Source: Takakia lepidozioides (lineage: Eukaryota; Plantae; Bryophyta). Taken from it: DNA of 64,000 nt. A model generated the notes under the pieces. That model made no database searches. It worked only from the letters and a program-made list of their open reading frames with translations, and was not told the origin of the DNA. The stretch lies in NCBI GenBank assembly GCA_030704615.1, contig CM060732.1, positions 69,378,001-69,442,000 of the forward strand, written 5' to 3'. Both the position numbers and the translations under genes were made by a program. This document shows positions 39,218 to 50,145 of the stretch, piece after piece. Numbering within the stretch: position 1 is the stretch's first letter; every line of letters starts with the position of its first letter.

Positions 39218-40471
39218 TCTTGGTCTGCTCTTGTGTTGCAGTCTCCGCGTTCACCTACTGCCGTGGCCCTGTGTTCTCCATCAAACGACGCCTCGTCATT
39301 TGCTCGCTTCTCTGAGTCTCTCTCTAAGGGAAGTAAAATAAGTGACTTCCTTCTCTTTTGTATCGTAAAGAACCCTCTCCAGCTTGACTACCTCTCTCTC
39401 TCTAAGTGCGGAAACGAGAAAGACAAAGTGACTCTCGATTTCTTGCGGAATTGCGTGCGTTGGGGATTGTCTCTAGAAGCATCAGATTCCCTCTCGCGTG
39501 ACCGTTACACAAATGTCGTTCCTTATAGTGCACCTGCCAGCCATTAGTGGACACTGTTCGTCTGCAATGTAGTTATCGATGTCTAACGTGTGTCGCCCAA
39601 AATGAACGGCGTGTCGTTTATTTGAACGGTTTCAATAATTGAAAATAACAGTGACAGATATTATAGATGAATATAACATTGCATATAAAAAATTAGCTGG
39701 TTGACTTCTCAGCCTCAGACAATGCCTATGCCATCAGAAACGTGGCACCGTGGAATAAAAAATATGGGTCTCTGGTGCACAATCTCAGACAAATAAATGT
39801 AAATGAACGAGTGTTTGATGACAATTTTTTGATATCATAAATTCATCCTTGTAGCCAACCCCACGTTCGTTTCACACAAGTTTGAACTTTCCAGGTGCGC
39901 ATGATCATTGGTACTAGTATAAAACATGCATTTACTTCATCTGCTATCCCACCCTCAGATCTTTTGGCACACTTCCGAGAAGTCGGCTGGTTATTATGTT
40001 TATTGATGAGGTTCTGAATAAAGGTTTAACAGCTACCGAAATTGCTCCTAGGGATACTCTGTCTACAGGCCCACAAAAAGTAATTAAAATGGACGGCTGC
40101 ATTTGGAAGGAATAACAGAATGTGCACAATCATCGTGTGAGCTTTCTCCGCGATATTCTCTGCTCATTCTTCAACAGTGTTCTGGAGACCTCAGTCAACA
40201 AGATTTCACGAAAGAATTGCGATAGCAAGGCATCTTCGTACGAGAGGAGGCAAGATGGCTTTCTCTGAAGCGGAGTTCTTTCTCTGACGACAAACCAGTG
40301 CCGTTCTCCAAGGAAGCCCTTGACAATGGATTCGCAATTGTTCTGGACCATTCTGGCTACCCGTTTGAGCTTTAGAATGCGCTCCCTTTTTCTTGGAAAG
40401 AGGTGTCGATTTGGAAAGGAAGTTGTTGAAATCCTCTTCCAAAACCGTGATGAGACGGCTCATGTCAGCCA

Positions 40472-43400
40472 GTGGAGAGTGCGCCCTGTAGATACAGAGT
40501 ACTTGGAGAGCCTCGGCGAAAGTCCCTTGGACCATATGTGACGCCCGGGACTGCTGCTTCAGTTGTTGAAGACAAGAGGGAGGTGGTGGTGAAAAAAGAA
40601 CAAACGTCCTCCACTCCAATCGTTGAGCTTTCGGATTCGTCCGATGATGACATAAGTGAAATTCCAAATGCAATCCTTCCTACTGTAGTTGTGGAAGCAG
40701 ATGAAGAAGAGATTTGTAGTGTCATTCCAAAACCACGGGCGATGGGAGGAATGGCAGGTTTCAAAAGTGAGTTGCGAGGAATTGATTGGGAATCTTTGAA
40801 GTAGGTGCCTGTGAAGTTCATGCCAGAGACTTTTGATGGCGATATCCTATTCGAGCTGCCTCCTCCTCCGCGAGTTGGAGGTGTAACAATCATGATGCAC
40901 GGAATGGACAAGAAACACAACGGGCACCCATGGTGTAGAACAAAAACATCCAATATTCAAAACGATGACAAGCTTGTTTTCAGGAGAATAGTTTGCAATG
41001 GACACCTTAGGTGTGAAAATTTGAATTGCAGACACTTTCTTCAGTCTGGGGTTCATAATCAAAGCGAGTGGGAGGGTCTGGCGGAAAATCCATTTAAGCC
41101 TGGGACTGCCCCTCCACCGGCAAACACTTTCGTTTGCAAATTCTGCAAACTTGTGCCATCCTGCCTGGCGCTGTGCGGAGCAAGAATGTACTATGTTGTC
41201 CACCGTTTGAAAACAATGACAAGAGCTTGTGTGCATTTCGGTTTCTATAACCATCATGTCTCGAAGGGGGATTACATGGAAAGTGTTGAGACATTATCGA
41301 GGTTGATTAAACAGGAGTACGAGAGAAACCCATCCGCAACAACATCTGCAATTGCTCTTGGCGTAAGCAAGTCCTTCTTGGAAAGCCATATTTTGAGTGA
41401 AGGGGATTCTGTGGGGACTAAACTTGACGGTGCAACATTGGACCTTGTCATGGATCATTTCTCCACTTTGAGATCACCTAACATTCGGCATCAGATCATC
41501 AATGCATTGAGAATGGGCTCTGGGATCAGAGGATATGTAGACAACATTTTGGAATTGAAACGACTGAGCAAGTACGACTACATCTAGGACAATGTTTTCC
41601 CAGGTCAAGGTGCCATCAAAGTATTTCTTTTCAAAATGTCGACTATTGGGGAGGGCAGTGGGGTTAGCCTCGTGAAGCGGATGTAGAAGACTGGGGACTT
41701 GCAGAATTATTTTCTTATGTTTGATCATGTGAAACGAGTGAAAGATTGGACGACAATGGCTTGTCATGTCTACGATCCAGTGTACCAACGAGTTATGACA
41801 ATTGCAGTTTGTGATATGCAATCCGAGGATACGGAATCCCAGAAGCTCATGTAGAATTCCCTGATACGTGTTATGGGCTGCCATCTCCAAATTTTGCAAG
41901 TTTCATGGCGGATAGTGCTTAGGCAAATTTCAATGCTGTTCGAATTGTCTTCGGATCGGGCGACCCAAAAGTGTCAATGCCGGGAAGAGAGCGTACATGT
42001 CTATTCCATTGGACACAATCTCTAGAGAAACATACAAAGTTGGACATCAAACCAGAGATGCAGACTCGGCACCATAAATTGTGCAAAGAGTACAAAGATG
42101 CTAGAACAATGAAGGAGGCGGACACTTTGTTCCAGACAATTCGTGCCTGGTGGTTCTCTTCTGGAGCTGCATCGCTTGAGAGTATGAGAGCATTGGAAGA
42201 TTGGATGGCGTTTTGGCACTTCCGGTACAAACAGTGGGGAGCAGCCATGACAATGGTGCGAGGCTTCTATTTCTTGCTTTATTCATACATTTACTTTCCA
42301 AATTTTTGACTCCTTGCTTTCTTTATGTTGTTCCCCGTGCACTGTTCTGAAGTGTGGTTCTCCACTTTGCAGAACATGTCCATTGAGGAAATGGCGGACA
42401 TGCCATCTTGCAATTTGGTAGAGACTGTGCACAACGCATGGTTGCAACAGTCTGGGAACGAGGCCGGGATTTGTATGTGACAACAACAGATGATTTGATA
42501 CGTGCCTTGCAACAACAAACCCGATACCGTGATTTCTTGCGAGGTGGGGTTGGTGGCAAGGGTCCGGACAAATTGGAGTTGAAGTTGCGTGCTGCAAACA
42601 AATCTGGGATCCAAGCAAGATAGCACGGGCGGTGAGCATGTATGCCCAAGGAACGTCACTTGTTTCTAGAGTTCCACATCTTGAAGGGGTGGAGAGATTC
42701 GGCTCGTGTAAGAGGAAATTGAACACTCCACCTGGTTCGGATTCCGATTTGCACAAGGCAGACCGTGATAACTTCTCGAAGCCTTGTGTTCCCCTGCATG
42801 ACAGATCCATGTCCGGAATCTCCATTCTGGAGGAACCTCCAACACGACGGCAGGCTCCAACATCAAACAGTGCCACTGAAATGGTGCAGGAGAGAAACAA
42901 CCCCCTTGATGTGCTTGAGTCCGCATGCCCCGACCACGTTTGGCACATAGAACGCACAAGTGCAGGGTCTCGTGTGAAATGTACAGCCACAAGGGCAACT
43001 AATTTCGAGAAGTGCACTTCATCTATATCCAGAGGTGGTGCCCGGACTCCTGCTCCGACTTTCACGGGTTTGATACGTCCATACGGTCAACCAGAAGCCA
43101 AGAACCACAAGTTCTGGTTTTGCGCAGATGATTGTGGCAAATGTGTGCATGGAACTGTGTGTCCTTCCGTGGTGATGAAGCCAGTTCCTCCAACCGTTTG
43201 GCCCGTCAAGGTGGGAACACATCTCACAAGTTAGGAGATTGCAATGCTGGAGGAGGCAGGCTTTTCCCTTGCGAGACAACCCCAACTGCATGCATGTGCT
43301 ACTACTTATGCGTCCTCTCAGGTCCCTCCGGCAAATCCTCACTTGTGGCCAACCAAACGAGATGGAAAGCTCGTTCGGCGTTTCCCTCCAACCACTGAAC

Positions 43401-43804
43401 ACTTTGGCAAAGTGGAGTCCGCAAGAATGCTCCAAGCTCGTGTTGCAAGCACCACGGAAGTGCCCGATCCAGGATATGGTTGGGTGTACACAATGATCAC
43501 TTTGACATCTGCTGTTCATGACAGGGCCTACGACATCACGGTTTCCAATTTCCCCAATTGCACATGTCCTGATTTTGTGAATATTCTATCAACCAGTTTG
43601 GGCAAGAGAGGTAAATTCATACCCTGCAAACATTTGTATTTCATATTTTTGAAGATGATGGTTTGCGATCCCAAACGTGACAACTTCGTTCACCAGGCCA
43701 CTCTGAGTTTCAACGAGGTCGATACTCTATTGCAGCGGGATACAACACATGGGTACCATCAACTATGCAATGTGGTATGTGGACGACCATGCTATGAAAT
43801 GTGA
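40472..43804 (+). pseudogene. MULE-like transposase, family B: Zn-finger (GCM/WRKY-like), DDE domain and SWIM finger
   Basis: MFDHVKRV (D1), FMADSA (D2), CLFHWTQS (MULE CxxH), CNLVETVH (E), CTCPDF..PCKHLYF (SWIM). Multiple TAG stops and frameshifts. Confidence 0.85.
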
Positions 43805-44384
43805 AATTCAAATCAATTCGTTTGCAACATCGTCGGCGGTGCAATGATATGGCGTCCCATATCCCTCCATTATGCTTCCAACTATACTGAGTGAGCTTTG
43901 AGTGGCAACTTTTAAAAGCACATGCATAATTGCACCGTTCGAAGTCTACATGTGTTCTTGTCGCTATGCACTGCAATCATCTTTTGAAGATGGTCCTAAC
44001 TCTCATTGTTATTTGGGGAGGGAGCAAGGTCATCCCGTGGCAGCCTCTATGGCGCACACTTTGTGAGGATATTTTCTCGTCCTCGTAATTGTAAAAGTGA
44101 AACAAACATTTGTAATTGCACAATGTTGGATGCTACAATTGTAGGCCTCATGGTAGTCTTGATTGTATTCAGCCAAGGATTCCCTGCATTAATCCCACGG
44201 TCATAGGACCATCCTCGGTTATAGGCGGCGCATGTTAATGCTGACGTGGCAGATGACGGCGCAGTGCCACATCATCATTTGCCACCACATCAGCCTGCTG
44301 ACATCACGCTCATGCCACGTCACTCCTGCGTGAGCGTATGCTCGCGCGCTCACGCGCTCACGCGCAAGGCTCACGCCATTGCAT

Positions 44385-44543
44385 CGTCGAAGGCAGGCTG
44401 CCAGTACCCTGCGGTGCTTGCAAGCGCTGGTGCGAGTGCAGGCTCGAGTGCGAGCACGCCATGTTCGAATGTCACAACAGGGCCAGACCGTCCAGCATAT
44501 CATTAGGCAACATCGTCTTGAGGCCAAACATCATGATTCTGAG
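44385..44543 (+). pseudogene. Isolated exon fragment of an IQ67-domain (IQD) gene
   Basis: RRQAASTLRCLQALVRVQARVRARHVRMSQQGQTVQ is the characteristic IQD segment; ends at a GT donor. Confidence 0.8.
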
Positions 44544-45060
44544 GTGACATTTGCACGTTGCACTAGCGTCAGAATGCTTTGGCATAGCTTCCCAGAGTTT
44601 TCCTTAAGGGCCACAGACAATCTACCTTTTGTTCTTTACAGTGAAATGGCTTGCTACTGCTGCCTTACGAGATCTCCGCTGTTTTTATCCGAAAACAGTA
44701 GGGTACAGTTTCGTTCATATTCTCCATTTCAAACGGTACAAAGCAAATTCTAAGCACTCCCGCTATTAGACTTTCCAACACTGTAGAGATTACGAAACAC
44801 CGAGGCATGTAGTCTGCATACCGGGACTTCCATCATGAGCGACATATTGTGCGACAATCAAAGTCCGTGCCTCCCTTCCGCTCGATGGTGCCACTGCTCA
44901 AATTCCCTCCCTCTTGCGGCTTTTCTAAGACTCTGATTTCCTTTCTCTTTAATGGACTGTACAACACCTGCAGTGAACAATCAACCATCAGAAGCCAACA
45001 CAGTGTACTGCGGTGCGTTTCTTGCAGGTTCTGAAGGGTGTCCTCTGTACTGTACAGGGC

Positions 45061-45582
45061 ATGGACGTGGAAGCAGAAGGCGATGATATACTAAAAACGG
45101 GAAGCTGGATTATACGGCCTCTTCGACAAAGTTTGCAAACACCCAAACCAGGATCCTTCAACATGAAGGACCTCCATTGGAAGGGAGACATGCAATATGG
45201 TTGTATGGGTGTGCGACAGAATGTTCAGAAGGCCAGCATACTGTGGGGTAGAGTTGATGACTTTCTCCTTGGAGAGGAGAGTTTGGTGGACTACCCCACT
45301 CAGTTTTGGGTGAATGTCCATACTAAAGTGCAACCTGGCATGCTAAAAGAGCCGAGAGCCAACAGTTTTCTGAACAGTATCATGTGTGCACCATCCTCAT
45401 CGTCCTTTTGTAGTCTGATTGCATGTCTGTTGCCATTTTTCGTACCCACGTACTGTGATTTCATGCTTCCAGAAGTCGATGATATCGATTGTGATTTTTA
45501 TGTCCAGGTATCAATGCTGCTACGGTCCAGATAACAAGCGCACCAACAATGCAATAGTGGAGGATCCCAAACTGAAACGTGG
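45061..45582 (+). pseudogene. N-terminal part of an At4g13970/At1g60560-type MULE/SWIM-family protein
   Basis: ASILWGRVDDFLLGE..PTQF, then after an intron YQCCYGPDNKR..KRG. Resembles the recalled family motif IPFxRVDDFVRGE..YWCSFGPDD. Confidence 0.7.
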
Positions 45583-45814
45583 AGGACCTCTTGTGTGGTG
45601 CTGGAACATCTCACCCTCATAAAGGCCCAAGGAGAAAGAAGTCGGATTATGGAGCAGTCGCCCAGCTGCTACCGCGCCCACACTCCGCCCGCCAGTCCGC
45701 TGGCCGTGAGTCCAGTCCCCCTTAGTCCGCCAAACCGCCAGTCTACCGGCCTGCAGTACACACACAGAATAAAAGGGCAAAAATCCATAGGTCGTGCTCC
45801 GTACGAGAAATCAG

Positions 45815-46040
45815 AGAGAGAGAGAGAGAGAGAGAGAAAGTCTCGTTCTTGAAAGAGAGAGAGAGACTTGCCTATGCTCTTGCGTATAGACCAGCGAGGG
45901 AGTGACTTGCAGTTTGCGAGCTTGCAAGGGGCGGGAAGGAGAGAGCAAGGGGCGGGGAAGAGAGAGAGAGACTCGCCTACACTCTTGCGCACAGACCAGT
46001 GAGGGAGCGACGTGAGGTTTGCGAGCTTGCAAGGGGCGGG
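45815..46040. repeat. (GA)n microsatellites and a ~105-bp direct duplication
   Basis: GA runs at 45813-45838, 45854-45866 and 45960-45971; repeated gtttgcgagcttgcaaggggcggg. Confidence 0.7.
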
Positions 46041-46317
46041 AAAGCTTGCAAGGTGGACGTCGATGGCGCGGGAAAGCCCAAAGCCCACGTCAATCGCAAA
46101 TCGCACTTAGTTTAGGGAAACATAGAATGTAGGCACTCTTGTCGCTCGTGATGAGCCGATGTGGCACTACTAGTGCCACGATGTACTATTTTTATGGGGG
46201 GGCGGGCATGACCTTCGTAGTGCAACTACCACAAACGGGCAGATTCCAAGAAAACAAAACTCGCGGCCTTCCTAAGGGCTCACTTAGCTTCTAATTTGTG
46301 AAAGGGATGAAGAGTAC

Positions 46318-46899
46318 CTTGTGGTGATTTGTCCCGAAGGTTGCATCGCATGCAACGATACGAGCATGGCCTAATTGAAGCATTCGCTTCTTCTGCCACT
46401 CAATCTGTATGCCGATTGTGAATGTTAAGTCGCCATCGTAGTGCTTGAATGTTGGCGCCAATTTCTCCTCTTGATAGAAGAAGACCGATTTTGGGTTCTA
46501 GTCTTTCCACATGCGGACACTCTCCGCATCGTTGGCATGTTTTTTGAACGTTTGCCACGCCCGTTTCTCGGCCAGGTTGCGCACATCCTGCTCCAACAAA
46601 AAATCGTCCCGTGTCCATGCATCCCCTAACCCGGTGTTGTTCATGACGTGCTATTTATGTTCCATCATGACTTGGGCGACTGACAGGCCTCGGCACAGAC
46701 ACTCCATGACCCATGCTTTCAATTCCTCGCTAATGTGTGGTGCATAGGCGTGGCGAGTGTTCCTGAACTCAGTGGACTTCCCATGACAGGCGTTCCCTTT
46801 CGTGTTTGTATGCTCCATATTGTTGTAGTACGTGAGGACACAAATGTCAGGGGTGAGATAGCATTGCTGGACCTTGAAACAGCATTGGCAACCACGCTT
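46318..46899 (-). pseudogene. Continuation of the same MULE-type protein on the opposite strand
   Basis: KRGCQCCF..HTNTKGNACHG..APHISEELK..TRDDFL..SVRMW..VFFYQE..FTIGIQIEWQ..ACDATFGTN; two TAG stops. Confidence 0.8.
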
Positions 46900-47146
46900 G
46901 TAAGACGGCGGCGGGCGGGGGGAGCCGGGCGTCCGTGTGCGGGGCCCACCGGTCAGCTCGCGCGTGCGCCATAACGTCCCAATTATTGTAAAATGAGAGG
47001 CGTTTCCAACATGTTCACAAAATAGTTATCTTTCTGATAAGTAATCTTACTTAAGGGGTTTAGGTATGGATATGCACACACCTAAAGCTGATTAGGAGAT
47101 GGATGACAAACTGAGAGAAGTTCCAAGGAAAAAAGAAAGGCATTAA

Positions 47147-48804
47147 CCCTTCAAGGACGAGGCGACCCGTATCGGGTCGGGTCAAAATTTTGATTGGATG
47201 ATAAATGCGCAGATCATGTCAGATGAAAACGATTCCTGAATGAAAAGTGTAGCCCATAAATTTTTACGGCCCCCTGTGTTGATCGCACCCTAAAAAATCT
47301 AATCCCCCGCCGTCAGGATTTTTTGGAATCTGGAGGGGTACCCAAAATCTTGTGGTTTTGGGCCCGCCAGCAGGTTGACTGGAAGACGTGGCAGGCAGGA
47401 TTTGGGGGGTGGGGGGGGGGGGGTGGGCGTTTGCCGGCAGCGGGTGACAGCGGGGGGCTGCATGTCTGCCCGTGCGGACAGCGGCGGACTCCCGGCACGC
47501 GCGAAACGCCAGGCACGTGGCCCAATCAGGTGGCAGCTGGCGGGGGCGGGAGCTTCTCTCTCGCTCTCTGCGTTTTGCATATCGTGTCCTGAGTTCTACG
47601 ATTGTCTCCTTGTAATCGAGCTTTTGCTTCGTTCTTTCTTGGTTTTTGCTTCGCTTTGGCTTTGCTGCGTCGATCTTATTTTGCCTAGGATTGCTTGGTT
47701 TCATTTTTTTGGGAGCTCATGTGCCGCTGTTGAGGAGCAGGGGGTGACTGCTGCATACCTTGGATTCTCTTTGGGCTTGTTGTGTTGGTGATCTGTTTGT
47801 GCATTGGGTGTTCAATGGGCTGTTGGTGGGCTGGCAGGTGTGCTCTTGGCGGCTGTGGAGTGCGTGTGTGGGTGTGCTGGGTGTGTGGCAGGGTGTTGGC
47901 AATTGAGGATGGCGTGGGATGTGTTTGGGGCTAATGGGGGTGGGGTGGGGGGTTTTGGGTGTTTCATTTTGGGTTGGGGGGGGGGGGAACTGTCTGCACA
48001 ATGGGCAGATCAGGGGGTTCAAGTCCCCCTCAGTTCATAGCTCGTGTTTTTGAGTATGCTTCCTGGTGTGGCTGTGGGAAGCAGTTGGCCGTTGGTAGGT
48101 CATGCAGGGAGAACGCTGAAACGCAGGGTGGAGGCCCCCCTGACTTGCTTGGTTTGTGATGACGTGGCCGGATTCTTTTGGCCGGAAATGTCCACCGGCT
48201 CCGGCAATTCTTGGCCGGAGCTGGGATTCAAGTAGGGATTCGGTTTTTTGGCAATCTTTGCCTGCAAACAGCTTAGAACGTGGAATTTTTTTTCTAGGGT
48301 ACTGGGTAGGTAGGCAAACAACAACATGACCAGAGGAATTTGGATTCCCTCACAAATTGCCCCACATTTGGGGGGATGTGGGGATCCCATGAGAGAAATT
48401 GGCATTTTGACCCCCCTGTTTTCCCATACAAAGCAACCATTATGCATTTTTGGAATTTGGCTCTGGAATTTTGGGAGGCTTTGCTGTGGGTGCCATATAA
48501 TCTGAATCTGGGTAGGCGGTATCAATGAAAATAAAAAAGGTTGGCAATCTGCTTGGTCAAACCAAATTTTCATGTTGAAAATATATCCAACACAAAAAAA
48601 AAAAGCCTAGAACTTTTGTTATAATCTTCCAAATTAGACGGTCAAATCTCCTGAAATTTTTACTGCAGGTGCATGAAGTAGGTAGGATGACTTTGGAACG
48701 GTTCATCCCCTCAGATGTTTGTCAAATGGGAGATATACCCTCATCCCTGAGGGTATGTCTGGTTTTGGACGGGGCCCACCAAAAACAGGCTCGTCCTTGA
48801 GGGG
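47147..48804. mobile_element. Non-autonomous piggyBac-like element (1658 bp)
   Basis: TTAA(47143-46)-CCCTTCAAGGACGAG ... CTCGTCCTTGAGGGG-TTAA(48805-08). The 15-bp TIRs match 14/15, the ends are CCC/GGG and the TSD is TTAA. No transposase ORF. Confidence 0.8.
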
Positions 48805-48951
48805 TTAAGTAAACACAGAATCATTCTCGAGTATTAAAGTGTTGCTTAGTTACTAGATTGCAGATAAGGCGCATGCAAGAAAGTAACAGTGCAGCACCAG
48901 GGCTGCTGTGTTGGTTGCAGAGCTTGTGTTGGGTGAAGAGCAGGTTCAGCC

Positions 48952-50145
48952 ATGGCGATGATGGCTGCCACTGCTGCGTTGCACTCCACCTGCCTCTGCT
49001 CGGCGTCCTCCGCCAGCAGAAGAGGCTTTACCTATTCCAATGCAAGCCCTTCTTCCCTTTCTGTGTCTTTTAGGGACGTTGGGCGGCTGTCGCTGCAGAT
49101 TCCTCGGCGACATTGCCCATCACGGGGCCGATTGTGCGTGAGGGCGGCAGAGGCAGATACAGAGGAAGTGAAACCTAGTTCGAATGTGGCAGATGTTGTC
49201 CCCAAAGCGGCTGGCACTGCTTTCAACCAGTTGCTGGGCATGAAGGGGGCGGCGCTCGAAACTAACAAGTGGAAGATTCGATTGCAGCTTACAAAGCCCG
49301 TGACATGGGCACCTCTCATTTGGGGAGTGCTGTGCGGTGCCGCTGCCTCAGGTAACTTTGAATGGACTCCCGAGGATGTGGCCAAGTCTGCGGCCTGCAT
49401 GTTCATGTCTGGGCCTCTGCTCACAGGATACACCCAAACAATAAACGATTGGTATGACAGGGACATAGATGCAATCAACGAACCTTACCGACCCATTCCG
49501 TCGGGAGCAATCTCTAAGCCCGAAGTGATTACTCAGATCTGGGTGCTACTTCTCGGAGGATTGGGCGTGGCATACGGACTGGACGTTTGGGCAGGGCACT
49601 CATTTCCTGTGATTCTGAGTACAGCGATTGGAGGCTCGTTTCTGTCTTATATATATTCGGCCCCTCCACTGAAGCTGAAGCAGAGTGGCTGGATCGGCAA
49701 CTATGCTCTGGGATCCAGCTACATCTCTCTCCCTTGGTGGGCAGGGCAATCCCTGTTTGGGACCCTGTCATGGGATATTGTCGTCCTCACCCTTCTGTAC
49801 AGCACTGCAGGGTTAGGGATCGCCATCGTCAACGATTTCAAAAGTATTGAGGGTGACCGAGCTATGGGATTGCAATCCTTACCTGTAGCATTTGGTGTAG
49901 ATACTGCCAAATGGATCTGCGCTGGTTCCATCGATCTGACCCAACTCTCGGTGGCTGGATATCTGTTTGCCACAGGAAAGACATACTATGGGCTGGTGCT
50001 CCTGGGGCTGATTGTTCCTCAAATTATCTTGCAGTTCCAGTATTTCCTCAAGGACCCCATCAAATATGATGTGAAATATCAGGCCAGTGCTCAGCCTTTC
50101 TTTGTGTTCGGTCTTCTCGTGACCGCACTTGCCACCAGCCATTGA
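48952..50145 (+). CDS. CHLG: Chlorophyll synthase, plastid-targeted, intronless
   Basis: 397-aa ORF with a Ser/Arg-rich transit peptide, IRLQLTKPVTW, NDWYDRDIDAINEPYRPIPSG, NDFKSIEGDR and DVKYQASAQPF (UbiA prenyltransferase family). Confidence 0.97.
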   Translation: MAMMAATAALHSTCLCSASSASRRGFTYSNASPSSLSVSFRDVGRLSLQIPRRHCPSRGRLCVRAAEADTEEVKPSSNVADVVPKAAGTAFNQLLGMKGAALETNKWKIRLQLTKPVTWAPLIWGVLCGAAASGNFEWTPEDVAKSAACMFMSGPLLTGYTQTINDWYDRDIDAINEPYRPIPSGAISKPEVITQIWVLLLGGLGVAYGLDVWAGHSFPVILSTAIGGSFLSYIYSAPPLKLKQSGWIGNYALGSSYISLPWWAGQSLFGTLSWDIVVLTLLYSTAGLGIAIVNDFKSIEGDRAMGLQSLPVAFGVDTAKWICAGSIDLTQLSVAGYLFATGKTYYGLVLLGLIVPQIILQFQYFLKDPIKYDVKYQASAQPFFVFGLLVTALATSH

